This document shows positions 53,359-64,000 of a DNA stretch of 64,000 nucleotides, piece after piece. The translations under genes and the position numbers were made by a program. Below the pieces are notes generated by a model. The model did no database searches and was not told the origin of the DNA. It saw only the letters and a list, made by a program, of their open reading frames with translations. Source of the DNA: Lama glama (lineage: Eukaryota). The first letter of the stretch is position 1. Each line of letters opens with the position of its first letter. Location of the stretch: assembly GCA_028534125.1 (NCBI GenBank), contig CM052817.1:100566001-100630000 (forward strand), written 5' to 3'.

Positions 53359-53854
53359 TATAGTGAGCTGTATTTCTCAAAGATGGTCACAGCAATATCT
53401 CCCATCTTCTCATGCTCTTCTTACAATGTACTACAACACTCCTTTCAACCAAGACAGAAGGTGACTTCCTAGGCTAAGTCATAAAAAGGAGATTCCGTTT
53501 CCACCTTGCCTGCTGGAATACTTACAAGGTAGCTCTGTTGTAAGCAGTCTGATTGCCCTGAGGCCATTGTGCTGTGAAGAAGCCCAAACTAGCCCAGGTT
53601 AAAAAAAGACCTTATCTGGATGAGTCCTGAGACTCTATTAAGAGTAAGATTCTTGGCTAGCCCTCAGCTGTTCTAGACCCCTGCTGTTCCACTTCCAATC
53701 ACCATCTGACTGCAACCCTGTATCAAAAATGCCCAAAGTGTTCCCTTCCTAAACTCATAACCTACAAGAACAATGAGAAATAAAAAATAATTGTTGTTTG
53801 TTATAATCATAAAGCTTTGGGGTGATGGTTAGGTGACAGCAGATAACTGAAACA
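53359..53854 (+). mobile_element. Solo MaLR LTR (MLT1-like)
   Basis: AAAGATGGTCACAGCAATATCTCCCATC start region and MLT1 end TTTGGGGTGATGGTT...CAGCAGATAACTGAAACA. Confidence 0.8.
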
Positions 53855-54280
53855 TCTTACAAAACCAGGAGCACCAAAAACATGGGTTTACTGTTGCAAT
53901 ATGATACTACATCCTACTAGAATTTTAACTTCAAAATTTAATAAGAACGGCAAAGATAACAGGAAAAGAATGGAAAAGATAATTTCTAGAATGAAAATTT
54001 AAATGAATAGGTATCTGGAGGGGCAAAAGCTTTGGTGTCAAATTCTCACCTTGATAATACCCATTAGAAATGAGGTGTTTAGCAAATCTCTAGCTATTTT
54101 AATAGTAAACTTGACAAACTGCTACGTATTTCTCTGACTTGGATTTACATCCAAACTAGTTTGATATGTGACAAATAAAGGAAAAATCAACTTACTTTTG
54201 CATTTCCTACAATTATGCTTTTGTCTTTATTCTGAGCAAACTCAAAATAACTAGAGGAGCAGGCAGGTTAAACAAAAAAC

Positions 54281-54303
54281 AGAGAGAGAGAGAGAGAGAG
54301 AGA
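54281..54303. repeat. (AG)n microsatellite
   Basis: Read directly from the sequence. Confidence 0.9.
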
Positions 54304-55919
54304 TATCAGGTTTAAGGCCTGGAAAGCCCATTTAAAAGGTGCGATTGATTGTTGTCATATAAGCACATGGACACAAGTAAGGCCACATAGTCCATCCACA
54401 ATTGCAAAAGAAAGTGAAAAATCAATATTTCATATGAACTCTCCAGATTTTTAAACCTTGGCAACAAATTTAAATGTGTTTTAAAAAATACTATATAAGA
54501 CACTAGTTTGCAATCTCTGCTCTGCTATTTTCTGGAGTAAAGAGGCATAAAAATGTAATAAAGATTAAATATAAGATTACTGATATCTAAATGATATAGA
54601 ATAATAATTCTATCTTAAAGTGTTAAACTTCTTTTTCTATACCAGTTAACAGAGTGAAATAATAAATAAGAAATAAACCAGAAAACCGAAACTGTAAGTG
54701 GTAAACATTACAGACGTACCTCAGCATATCTAATTTTGTCACTTATTAGACCCTGAGACAGATGGCAGCACACTGGTAAAGTACAAACAATTCACTCTTG
54801 ACAATTACATTTATAATGCAGACATATAAAACCAACATCTATAAAGCAAATGAGTAACTCTTGACACTTAGTTCCCAAATTTACCAGTATTTTCTTCGTA
54901 CTGCCATTTTTCACTTGCACCTGATTTCAATAACTGGAAATTGCCATTTCAGACCAGAAACACAGGGAAAAAAAGCATTTTCCACTTTGAAAGTAAAGCA
55001 TCTTCTAAAAGCAATTGTTATTCTAAAGTACAGAATCTACCTTTAATAATAGCATCAGAAAAGACCAAATGAACAGAAGGACATGGTACATTTCAATGAA
55101 ATAAATCTTTTGGGGACCTCCCCCCACCAAATCTTATACATTATTTTTAGCCCTGGTGATCTATGAAAATTGTCAGCATTCTTCTACTTACATTTCAGGT
55201 AATTAGAGGTTAAAGTTTGCATGCAAGGTGCCACCCTGACAACAATCCTTACCATCAGGAGGAATCAAGTTAATATTTTACATTAGATATATCTAGTAGC
55301 TTATACTAACATTTTACAAAATGTATTCACTAAAATACATCCCAAATAGAGATTATTTTAACCTGACTGAAACTATTCTTCTATTTGTAATGACTGCTTT
55401 TGTTTATTTATAATAATCTCTAAACTGAAAAACGTAGGAATTTTCTATAGTATCAAGCAGTAATTCTAGAATTTCTACAAAAGTACCAAAGAGAATCTGG
55501 TTCCAGCTATTCAAGAACACCCAAGTATCATTAGAGAATAAACTAGCATAATAGAACAGAACTAGTCCTTCTGTGAGGACTCAAAGCCCCAAGACTACCA
55601 AATATACTTTTACGTTTTCTTTCAAATTCCTTCTAGGCTCAATATTAACAACCAAAGGAAGAAAACAAAATAAAAACACTTGTCAGACAGCAAAAGCGCT
55701 TCACTGTTAGTACTAACAAAATTTATAATATCAAAGAGCTGGACTGCACGTTAAAAGTCACAGTAATTTTAACAAAAATCAGTGGATTAGTTTCAACTCA
55801 CCTAAGAGAGATTGTATCTCTGAAACTAAAAGTATTTTGCATAGCATTATGTAGCCTGGACTAGTTTGTTAAGCTAGCTTTAGCACAGTCTTGTGGCATT
55901 ACAGTAAGTCTTACGAAAT

Positions 55920-56140
55920 ACAATAGCTAATACTTATTAAAAACTTATTACTTACTTACTTCTAAGTACTTAACAAACATTATCTTATTGAATCCTCTCA
56001 ATAACACTATATTATTATGATACTACTACCATCTTTAAAATAACTCTACAAGAGGGGTTAACAGTTTACCCAAGATCAAAGTGCCATGAAGTAACAGAGC
56101 TAGTATTTGAAAACTCCAGTCTGACTTCAGAGATCACAAT
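55920..56140 (-). mobile_element. MIR SINE
   Basis: AATAGCTAATACTTATT...AATCCTCTCAATAAC...CCCAAGATCA...GTCTGACTTCAGAG. Confidence 0.65.
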
Positions 56141-56146
56141 CTGCAT

Positions 56147-56187
56147 GTGTGTGTGTGTGTGTGTCTGTCTGTCTGTCTGTCTGTCTG
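56147..56187. repeat. Compound (TG)n(TCTG)n microsatellite
   Basis: Read directly from the sequence. Confidence 0.9.
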
Positions 56188-56252
56188 ACACGTTTTCTCT
56201 TGAGAGGACTCAGCACTTTCTCCTCTAGGAAGCACAGAGACAAACTAATAGG

Positions 56253-56420
56253 CTACTGTTGTGCAAACTTTAGCCTCCATTAGAATCACGTGGGAGCGTG
56301 TTAAAAATATCCTGCCCTTAGAGATTTGGTTAAGTACTTCTGGAGTGTAACCCAGCAGCTTGCATTTTTAGTATGCATTCCAGATGGTTCTCATGGGTCA
56401 CACTTTGAAGAATACTGGTG
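56253..56420. mobile_element. MER5-like DNA transposon
   Basis: AAACTTTAGC...TTAGAATCACGTGGGAG...TGCATTTTTA...CACACTTTGAAGAATACTG. Confidence 0.6.
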
Positions 56421-56974
56421 CATGCCCTTATGAGTCGCTAACCAGTAACCTATTAACAGCTTACTCCAACTCATAATTCATTCCTTACCTCTTCTCACGG
56501 TCTTGTCTTCATAGTCTACTCCAGTATTTTTCCTGGTTCTGATTTCCATGTACATTTGATCGCTTTACTATACGTATTTCTCCCATATACAGCCCACCTC
56601 AAATTCTTTGTGAAAATTAGGATACAAATTTCTTTTAAATGAGGCTAATTCATCTGGCAATTCAATACCTAAAACCAGTACATAAATTCATAAAGAAAAA
56701 GAGTCCTTAGGTCCCTGCTAAGACACTTGATACGCTATGTATGTTGCACTTCCACTCCAACAGCCTCAACGCCCTTAATGGATGTGCACCGGGTGCAAAC
56801 TATTTTAATTCTGCAATGAGTGATGAACAGCTCACTCTTCTTCCATATATAGTGTCCACTGAAAATGGGTGGTCCATAGGTCAAACCAACCCACAGAAAT
56901 GCTTTTGAAAAATATATACGCCAACATGTAAAAAATTGAGAAATTATCACAGAAAAATATGGAACTCCAGTGAA

Positions 56975-57128
56975 TTTTGAAAAATTGGAAAATACGGCAA
57001 TGTCAGGATCACAGTTTTCACAGTCATCCCCTTTAGAGATGCTTTGGCTCCCTGGGTCTTATATTTAGGCTGTTTCATTCATTTAAATTACCTTTCTGGC
57101 CCCTATGCCTCTTGATTTTGTGTCTCCT
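56975..57128. mobile_element. hAT-Charlie fragment, MER102-like
   Basis: TTCATTCATTTAAATTACCTTTCTGGCCCCTATGCCTCTTGATTTTGTGTCTCCT resembles the MER102 terminus. Confidence 0.5.
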
Positions 57129-60109
57129 ATAAACTATGATGGGGGAATAAGTGAGGTTAAGAAGATTTTCTGGTTGAAAATCAGTTCAGCATAGTCAAGG
57201 AATCTCTGGGAAATTAGTTATAATACAACTACAGGTAAATGGTATTGGAGAAACACTTCTAGTATTCATACTAACCTGATTTTCCCAAACCTTCTGATCT
57301 TTTAGGCAATCAAAGTGATCTTTTACCTTTGTAAATTACCACACACCATCAGTTCTCACTTGCACTTCCCCCATTAACCTCTCTGAAATGCAATGCCCTT
57401 ATAGTGGATGTATGCATGCATTTAACACAGCAGTGTGCCTCAACACCTTACTTTCCTCACTCCCATAAAAGCTAGTATGAAACTGACACATCTTAGAAGA
57501 AAAATGGCAATTCTTTCAGAGCTTAATAATATTGCTAAATCAAACCAAATTTTAACTAGTAAAGCTAATGTTTTCTCCAGATACATGTTAAAAATGCAAT
57601 ACTTTAATGTCTTCAGTCCATCGACTGCATCTAGTATTTCTTCTCAAGTAAGAAGAGGTTAGGTGTTTCTCACCATATCCAGATACCAATCTGTTTTTTT
57701 TCCCCTTGTTTACATTACTGACTAATTAACATTCACCAAATAAATTATGCTATTAATAGCTAATTTTATTACCTGAGCAAAAAGAACAGAATTTAAGCTC
57801 TGTATTTAATAACTTAAGCTAATGTTAATCTTTTAAAATACAGCAATAAGTATGGTTTTCAGAAAATGGTAGTGATCCAAAGGCTATATTTAAGCTGCTG
57901 AACTTCTTTTTAGAAGCCATCAAAGATAAATAGTAGCCCATAGGTCAAGTGTGGCTCAAAGTCAGTTTTTTTGGAGGCTGCACAGTATTTTTCTTTTTCC
58001 TTTTTACTGAATGTTAGCACCTTTTAGGGAAGGCATGTGCCTTGTAGTTCATAAGAGCCTGAGCAATCTTACTGGCTCAATCATGACTTTGTTCACTCAT
58101 TCACAGCACCTGTTTGGGACCTGTAGATTGTATTTCTCATTTTGTCATCCCAAGCAAGCAAAAGAAATTAAGGAAGAAGAGGCATCTGCTCAAATATCCT
58201 TTAGTTCAGGATGTTCAGGCTATGCCCTGAAATATTACCTTCAATGTTAACAAAAGAGAAAATGTGAACAAGGGAGAGAGCCTCATAGAGGGATCATTCT
58301 TTTCTCATATCTATGCTGAGGATGCCCAGAGCAACGAACAATGACAAGAGTTTTGTTTTTAATGCACTGATGTGCAGATACTTGAGAAATTTTCAAAAAG
58401 CTTACACATATTCCCAAAATACAGTAAGTTTGGGCGCATATGTACTTTTACCCCAAGGCTCACTCTTTCTTCACCTTTTGTTGTTACTGCCGTTTAAAAA
58501 TAGCAAAACAAATATATGCTAGTTGAGGGTTAAAAAAGACAATCCTAGGTATCTCACGTATTACATGACACTGCACATAACTACTCCAAATATTAATTTC
58601 TAATTCTAAACAAGAAATAGTGTACTAGAACACAAAGTAGAAGAGAGAACAGTACTTACTAAACATATTTAAATACATTAAAAGCAGCTCTTTCATCAAC
58701 AGCAATAAGGTGCTATATGGCCCTCTAGTGTTCAATAAAGAAACAGATGAATTCTTAATGGTGTTTCATATTAAAAAAAAAAAAACTTTCTCTGATTTAC
58801 TAAGTATGCTAAACATATTCACGTATGACTTCCACAAAGACCCAAATGTGTTGTATCATCTCTGGCTTTACTTCTCTGTGCTTTCTTTTGAACTGCTATC
58901 CATGTTTAGAGTATCCACTGAAAGAATTATGAAATGTCCTTAAAGACTTGCCATTAAAAAGAAAATCTCAATCCTAAATGGAAAAGAAATAGCATTTCTC
59001 AATTAAAACTAAACGGTATTGAATTTTCAAAGAACAAAAATAATAGTGCCATGATACAAATTAGGTAGGCATTTAAAATGCAACTGATCTAAATTCTCAA
59101 ATCATATTTCTTTTATCTGTGTTCTATTTCTATAATTCATCCAACCTGGTTTTTCCCTTTATCATAATTTATAGATAATAGACGTTCATTACAGCAACCA
59201 AAGCAATGAAATACATGAAAATTGTATCCCCTAGAAGAAAGGTCAAAGATGAGACTGAGATTTTTGGGACAAGAGTCAAAGTAAAAAAGTAGACTCACAA
59301 GCAAATTAAGATTGTAATCACTGGTGAAAAGGTTTAAAAATTGATCATTACTTTTTATTCCATAAAAGTTGATTATCACTGTCTAAATAAAGTTGATGAA
59401 ACACTAATTTCAAAATGGACCTAAGTTTATTAAAGGTTTTTAAAACATGTATTTGTATTTATTGTTTATATATTGGAGCTTTAGAGAGGGAAGGCAAGGA
59501 CTGGTATATAAGCAAGATCTAAAGTATATCCCCCAGCTCTGTCATTCACTTCCTATAACCTTAAGCATATAATATTTCTGAGTTAAAACTTCAGAAACCA
59601 CAGGGAAGATCTGAAGCTTTTGTACTTGGCATCAAGATCAGTCCCCCAAATGTCAAGGTAGTAAGTTGACTCCAGCATGGAAACTCTACAAATGAACCCT
59701 CAAAGTGCCATTTAGCCGTCAGTAAATTATTAGAAACAGGTAGGATAAAAAGAAAATTTAAACAAATTTGCCCAATATAAACCCATACAGATATCTGGAA
59801 TAAATTCAGATAGTCACCTAAAAAGGCTCTATACTTAGTTCTAAAAATTCTGCCACTATTCAAAAAAGTTATGACTCCTCATTTTCATTTCTTTACAGCC
59901 TCCCAAAATCTTATCTATCCTTTAGGTCCCAGCCTAGTTTTCACTTCCTCACTGAAGATACCACTGATTTAATTATTTGAATGTGGAAATAAATGCCTTG
60001 AGAACTACAAACTGGGAATGACTGTGAAACTGCTGAAAGATAGAATTTTGATACAAAACAATCTTAGTAAAGAAGAACCTGGTAAAGAAGGAGCCAAAAG
60101 GTAAACTTA

Positions 60110-60270
60110 GCGAGGATGGGGGCACAATGGCAAGTAACAACAGAAAATCTAATAGGGACAAATTTAAAATCTTGTACTTAGGTTCAAAAATCTATAAGCA
60201 TTTACATTAAGTGGAACAGGAATTAAGCCAGGCCATGTTTGTAAAAAATACATAAGATTTTGTTTTCTGG
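60110..60270 (+). mobile_element. L3/CR1 remnant
   Basis: AATAGGGACAAATTTAAAATCTTGTACTTAGGTTCAAAAATC resembles the CR1/L3 RT 3' region. Confidence 0.45.
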
Positions 60271-60714
60271 AAATTGAATTCAATTTTTTAAGCATTTTCT
60301 GTACGCAAAGTACAAGGTCCTGTAAGACACAGCAGAATCTTAGAGACTCTACAATCTAATGGGTCAATAATCTAGAGAATCAGCAATCTAAATATACATG
60401 AATTAAAAAAAAAACCCAAAGATGTCTATAACTATCACAAAATACATCAAAAACAAAGACCTAGTGGAGATACAGAATTTTGCTCAGAGTTCTATGAAAT
60501 ATCCTTAAAGCAGGTGAGATTTGAAAAAGGTCTTAGAAAGAAACATAGAAATTTGAAGGAGGCTATAGGATGAGGAAGACATTTAAAAGATAAGGAAAAA
60601 GTTATCAAAGATAAGGTACAAAGGTATCAAAGTAGCCTGAATTCCTCTATGCTCAGAAACGTCAAACAAATTGCTGCTGCTGAGGTACAGAGTAGGACAG
60701 AAACAAGCTGAAGG

Positions 60715-61457
60715 AAATAAGATCAGGAACAAGGCAAGGATGTCTTGTCTCACTAATTTCAATACTGTAGTGGGAATCCTAGCTAACGCAGTAAGGCAAG
60801 AAAAGAAAATAAAGAACATGTAGATTAGGAAGAAATAATTTAGTCACATATGACACGATCATCTATGAAGAAAATCAGAAAGAATCAACAACAAAAACAA
60901 CAAAAAAAAATTCTCAAACTACTAAGCGACTATAGCAAGGATACAGGATACAAGGTTAATACACAAAGGTCAATCACTTTCCTATATACCAGCAATGAAC
61001 GAGTGAATTTGAAATTAAAACCATGTTATCCTTTACAATAGCACCCCCTCAAATGAAACACCTAGGCATAAATCTAACAAAATAAGCACAAGATCTGTAT
61101 GAGGAAAACTGCAAGATTCTGATGAAAGATAAAGAACCAACTAAGTGGAGAGATAGAGTGTCCATGTTCTTAGATAGGAAGACTTATTATTGTCAAGATG
61201 TCAGTTTTTCACCATCTGATGTAATTCAATGCAATCCCAACTAAAATCCAAGAAAGTAATTTTGTGGATACTGATAAGCTGATTCTAAAGTTTATATGGA
61301 GAGACAAAAGACCCAGAATACTCAATTCAATATTGAAAGAAAACACCAAAGTCAGAGGACTGACACCATTCAACTTCAAGGATTAATATAAAGCTACCAT
61401 AATCAAGACAGTGTGGTACTGGTAAACAAACAGACAAATGGATCAAAAGAACAAAAT
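60715..61457 (+). mobile_element. Degenerate LINE-1 ORF2 (RT region), first part
   Basis: L1-like peptide fragments, e.g. LKLLSDYSKDTGYKVNTQRSITFLYTSN, and L1 nucleotide motifs such as AAAGCTACCATAATCAAGACAGTGTGGTACTGG. Confidence 0.88.
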
Positions 61458-62075
61458 GTCCTCATTTTCCTTTCCAAACTTGTTTTATTGATAATGTGCA
61501 AGCATTTCTCAACAATAAGTAGGTCTTGTAGCTTGTAATAATGAGTTTATCACCATTTAGGTTTACCTCATCACGTTGGAAGGAATCTCTCACTGATCAC
61601 AAGAACAAAGATGCAAGTCTTGACATGGGAAAAAGAAACCCAGTAAAGTAAATGAGTAAGAAAAAATATGCAAGAGCAACACTGGATAAATCCCTGCCTT
61701 GCTGATGACCATGTCATCTAACATGGAGATAATGAGGTCAATAATAATGATCACATCATATGTTTGCACAGCCTTTTCAAACTTGCAAAGCATTTCACAT
61801 TCATTACCTCATTTAAACTCTACACAACCATTTGCAATAAGAACAGGTACCATATTCCTAGTTTAATGATGAAGAAATGAGCTCAAGGAGATGGTGAGAG
61901 AGAGCAGATAGGACTTCTTACCTCCTATTCTTTTCAGCACACAACTCTGCCTAATGTTACGTATCCAACCTACACACCAGGATTGTAATCAACAGAGAAA
62001 AGTTATCCAACAATGACTTTCATAGGTCACCCTATAAAAGTAGAGAAAAATGTTGTGGATACAAAAAAAAAATTT

Positions 62076-62895
62076 ACAAAATAAAGGGCCCAGAAACAGA
62101 CCTACATAAATATCTTTGACAAAGGAGCAAAGGCAATACAATGAAACAGTCTGTCTATTCAACAAATGGAGCTGAACAACCAGACATGCACATGCCAAAA
62201 TTAACTCAAAATGTATCACAGACCTAAATGTAAAACACAAAACTATAAAACTCCTAGAAGATAACACAGAAGAAAATGTTGATGACCTTGGACATGCTGA
62301 AGACTTTCTAAACACAACACTTAAGATACAATCTATGGAAGAAATAACTGATAACCTGGACTTCATTAAAATTAAAAACTGTTCTGTGAAAAACAGTGTC
62401 ATGAGAATGAGAAGATAAGCCACTGACTAAGAGAAAATGCTTGGAAGAGACGATACGACAGTTGTTTGTTATCCAAAATATATGAAGAACTCTTAAAACT
62501 GAATAATAAGAAAACAAACAATCTATTAAAAAACAGGTAAAAGGTCTGAACAGATACCTCATCAAAGAAGATGTACAGATGGCAAGTAAACATATGAAAA
62601 GATGCTGAATGTCGTATGTCATTAGGGAATTTCAAATTAAAACAACAATGAAATGCCACTACACGTTTATTAGAATTGCCAAAATCCAAAACATTAACAG
62701 TATCAAATGGTGGCAACAGAACTCTCTCATTCATTGCTGGTGGGAATGCAAATGGTACAGTCACTCTGGAAGACAGCTTGGCAATTTCTTACAAAATTAA
62801 AATACTCTTACCATATGACCCAGCAATCATGCTCATCGGCATTTAATCAAAGGACCTGAAAATGCCTACAACAAAACCTGCACATGGATGTTACA
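62076..62895 (+). mobile_element. Degenerate LINE-1 ORF2, continuation of 60715-61457
   Basis: Resumes at CCCAGAAACAGACC...TCTTTGACAAAGGAGCAAAGGC; HCWWECKWYSHSG motif near 62730. Confidence 0.88.
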
Positions 62896-63289
62896 AGAAG
62901 CAGGAATGCAAAACAGTCTACACACTGACCCTAGCTATGCAAACTATGTCTCCATGTGGTCAAGGGCTGGCAAGTCATATGCAAAAATTTATTCAGTAAT
63001 TATTTACTGACAAATTATTAGGTATTGGGATGTCTTATACATGATAAGCACTATCAGGCAAGATAAATAAGAAATCAAAGGGTGTGAATAGGAGGGAGAC
63101 AGAAAAACAATTTTAATACAATATGAGTCATAATAAACATACTATGGGAGTAGAGATTAAGACGGGGCAACTTTTGGAGAGGGGCTACAAAAACAGGTGT
63201 TAGGTGGCTTTACGGATAATTCTATTGCCCACTTCCTCCCCAAATTACTGTTTCATTGAATTTTCAAATTTTAACAAATTTTAACTTGG

Positions 63290-63530
63290 ACCCAGGATAA
63301 GTTCTAGGTTCACATTCCTAACCCCACTACTTACCGGCTGACTGATCACTCATGAATTACTTAACTTCTCTCCACTTGTTTCTCATCTCTGACATGGAGA
63401 TAAAAATTAGAACCTACATAACAGGACTGTTAAGATTAAATGAGGTTATATATGTAAATTATTTAGCACAGTGTTCTAGCACATAGTAAATAGTGCTCAA
63501 TAAATGGTTTAGTAGTAGTAGTAGCATTAT
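63290..63530 (+). mobile_element. MIR SINE
   Basis: TTACTTTAACTTCTCT...GATTAAATGAG...TAGCACATAGTAAATAGTGCTCAATAAATG. Confidence 0.8.
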
Positions 63531-64000
63531 TATCAATGCTGTTCTCCACCACACTGATGAGATTCAGAGTAAGAACAGGTAATAGTCTGGCTCTACTGCA
63601 CCAAGCAGCACCACCGTTGACTACAGGACACAACACTTCAAGATCAATTTGTCCAGAGAAGGGCAACCAGGATGGTGATCCTGGAAAACACACTGAAGGC
63701 ATGAAGTCTGGAGAAAAGATTATGGATGAACATGACAGCAGTCTTCTCCTGTAAGGAAAGGCTATCACTGCTCTACATGGAAGAGCAAGGACCAAAGAAG
63801 AATAATAGATGTCAACATGAAGAACTGTCTAAAAATATAATGCTGTTTCACACTGTAGTATGCCCTAGTGACGACTTCATTATCAAGCCTGAGTCTCCTG
63901 ATAAAGCTACTGGGCGCAGGTTTGGACTTGGTGATCTCAAAGGTCCCCTGCGGAGTCTATCTCAGGAGACTTAAAATTAGGATGGAAAACCTAAGCAGTT

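Noticed and set aside
61989..62800. Cluster of 60-144-aa ORFs
   Set aside because: Sense and antisense frames of decayed L1 ORF2.
63463..63974. Overlapping 72-110-aa ORFs at the window end
   Set aside because: Partly within a MIR; no recognisable domain or splice support.
45100..64000. FBXW7 alpha exon and circFBXW7 exons
   Set aside because: The acidic alpha N-terminus is not seen in the ORF track or by eye; it is expected beyond the right edge of the window.

Overview
AT-rich mammalian genomic DNA covering part of FBXW7 (the SCF ubiquitin-ligase substrate receptor) on the minus strand. Two tRNA-derived vic-1-type SINEs suggest a camelid. The window holds the gamma-specific first coding exon (44566-44712), the beta-specific first coding exon (16036-16296) and three shared exons (13496-13578, 10221-10362, 1261-1395) encoding the basic localisation motif, the dimerisation domain and the start of the F-box. 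Splice sites are canonical and phases are compatible. The alpha exon and the WD40 exons lie outside the window. The remainder is intron with L1, L2, MIR, DNA-transposon and LTR relics; repeat family names come from recalled consensus sequences and their boundaries are approximate. I see no prokaryote-type system. The strongest leads are: (1) the antisense DEAR/DEspR frame over the F-box exon, which is stopped and apparently frameshifted; (2) a p53 element and a three-frame AUG cluster inside the beta exon; (3) an intron segment combining a 103-bp tandem duplication, a CTCF-like motif and paired RFX boxes; (4) a MIR-containing ~620-bp segment nested inside an L1; and (5) a 22-bp perfect palindrome built from two splice-donor motifs.
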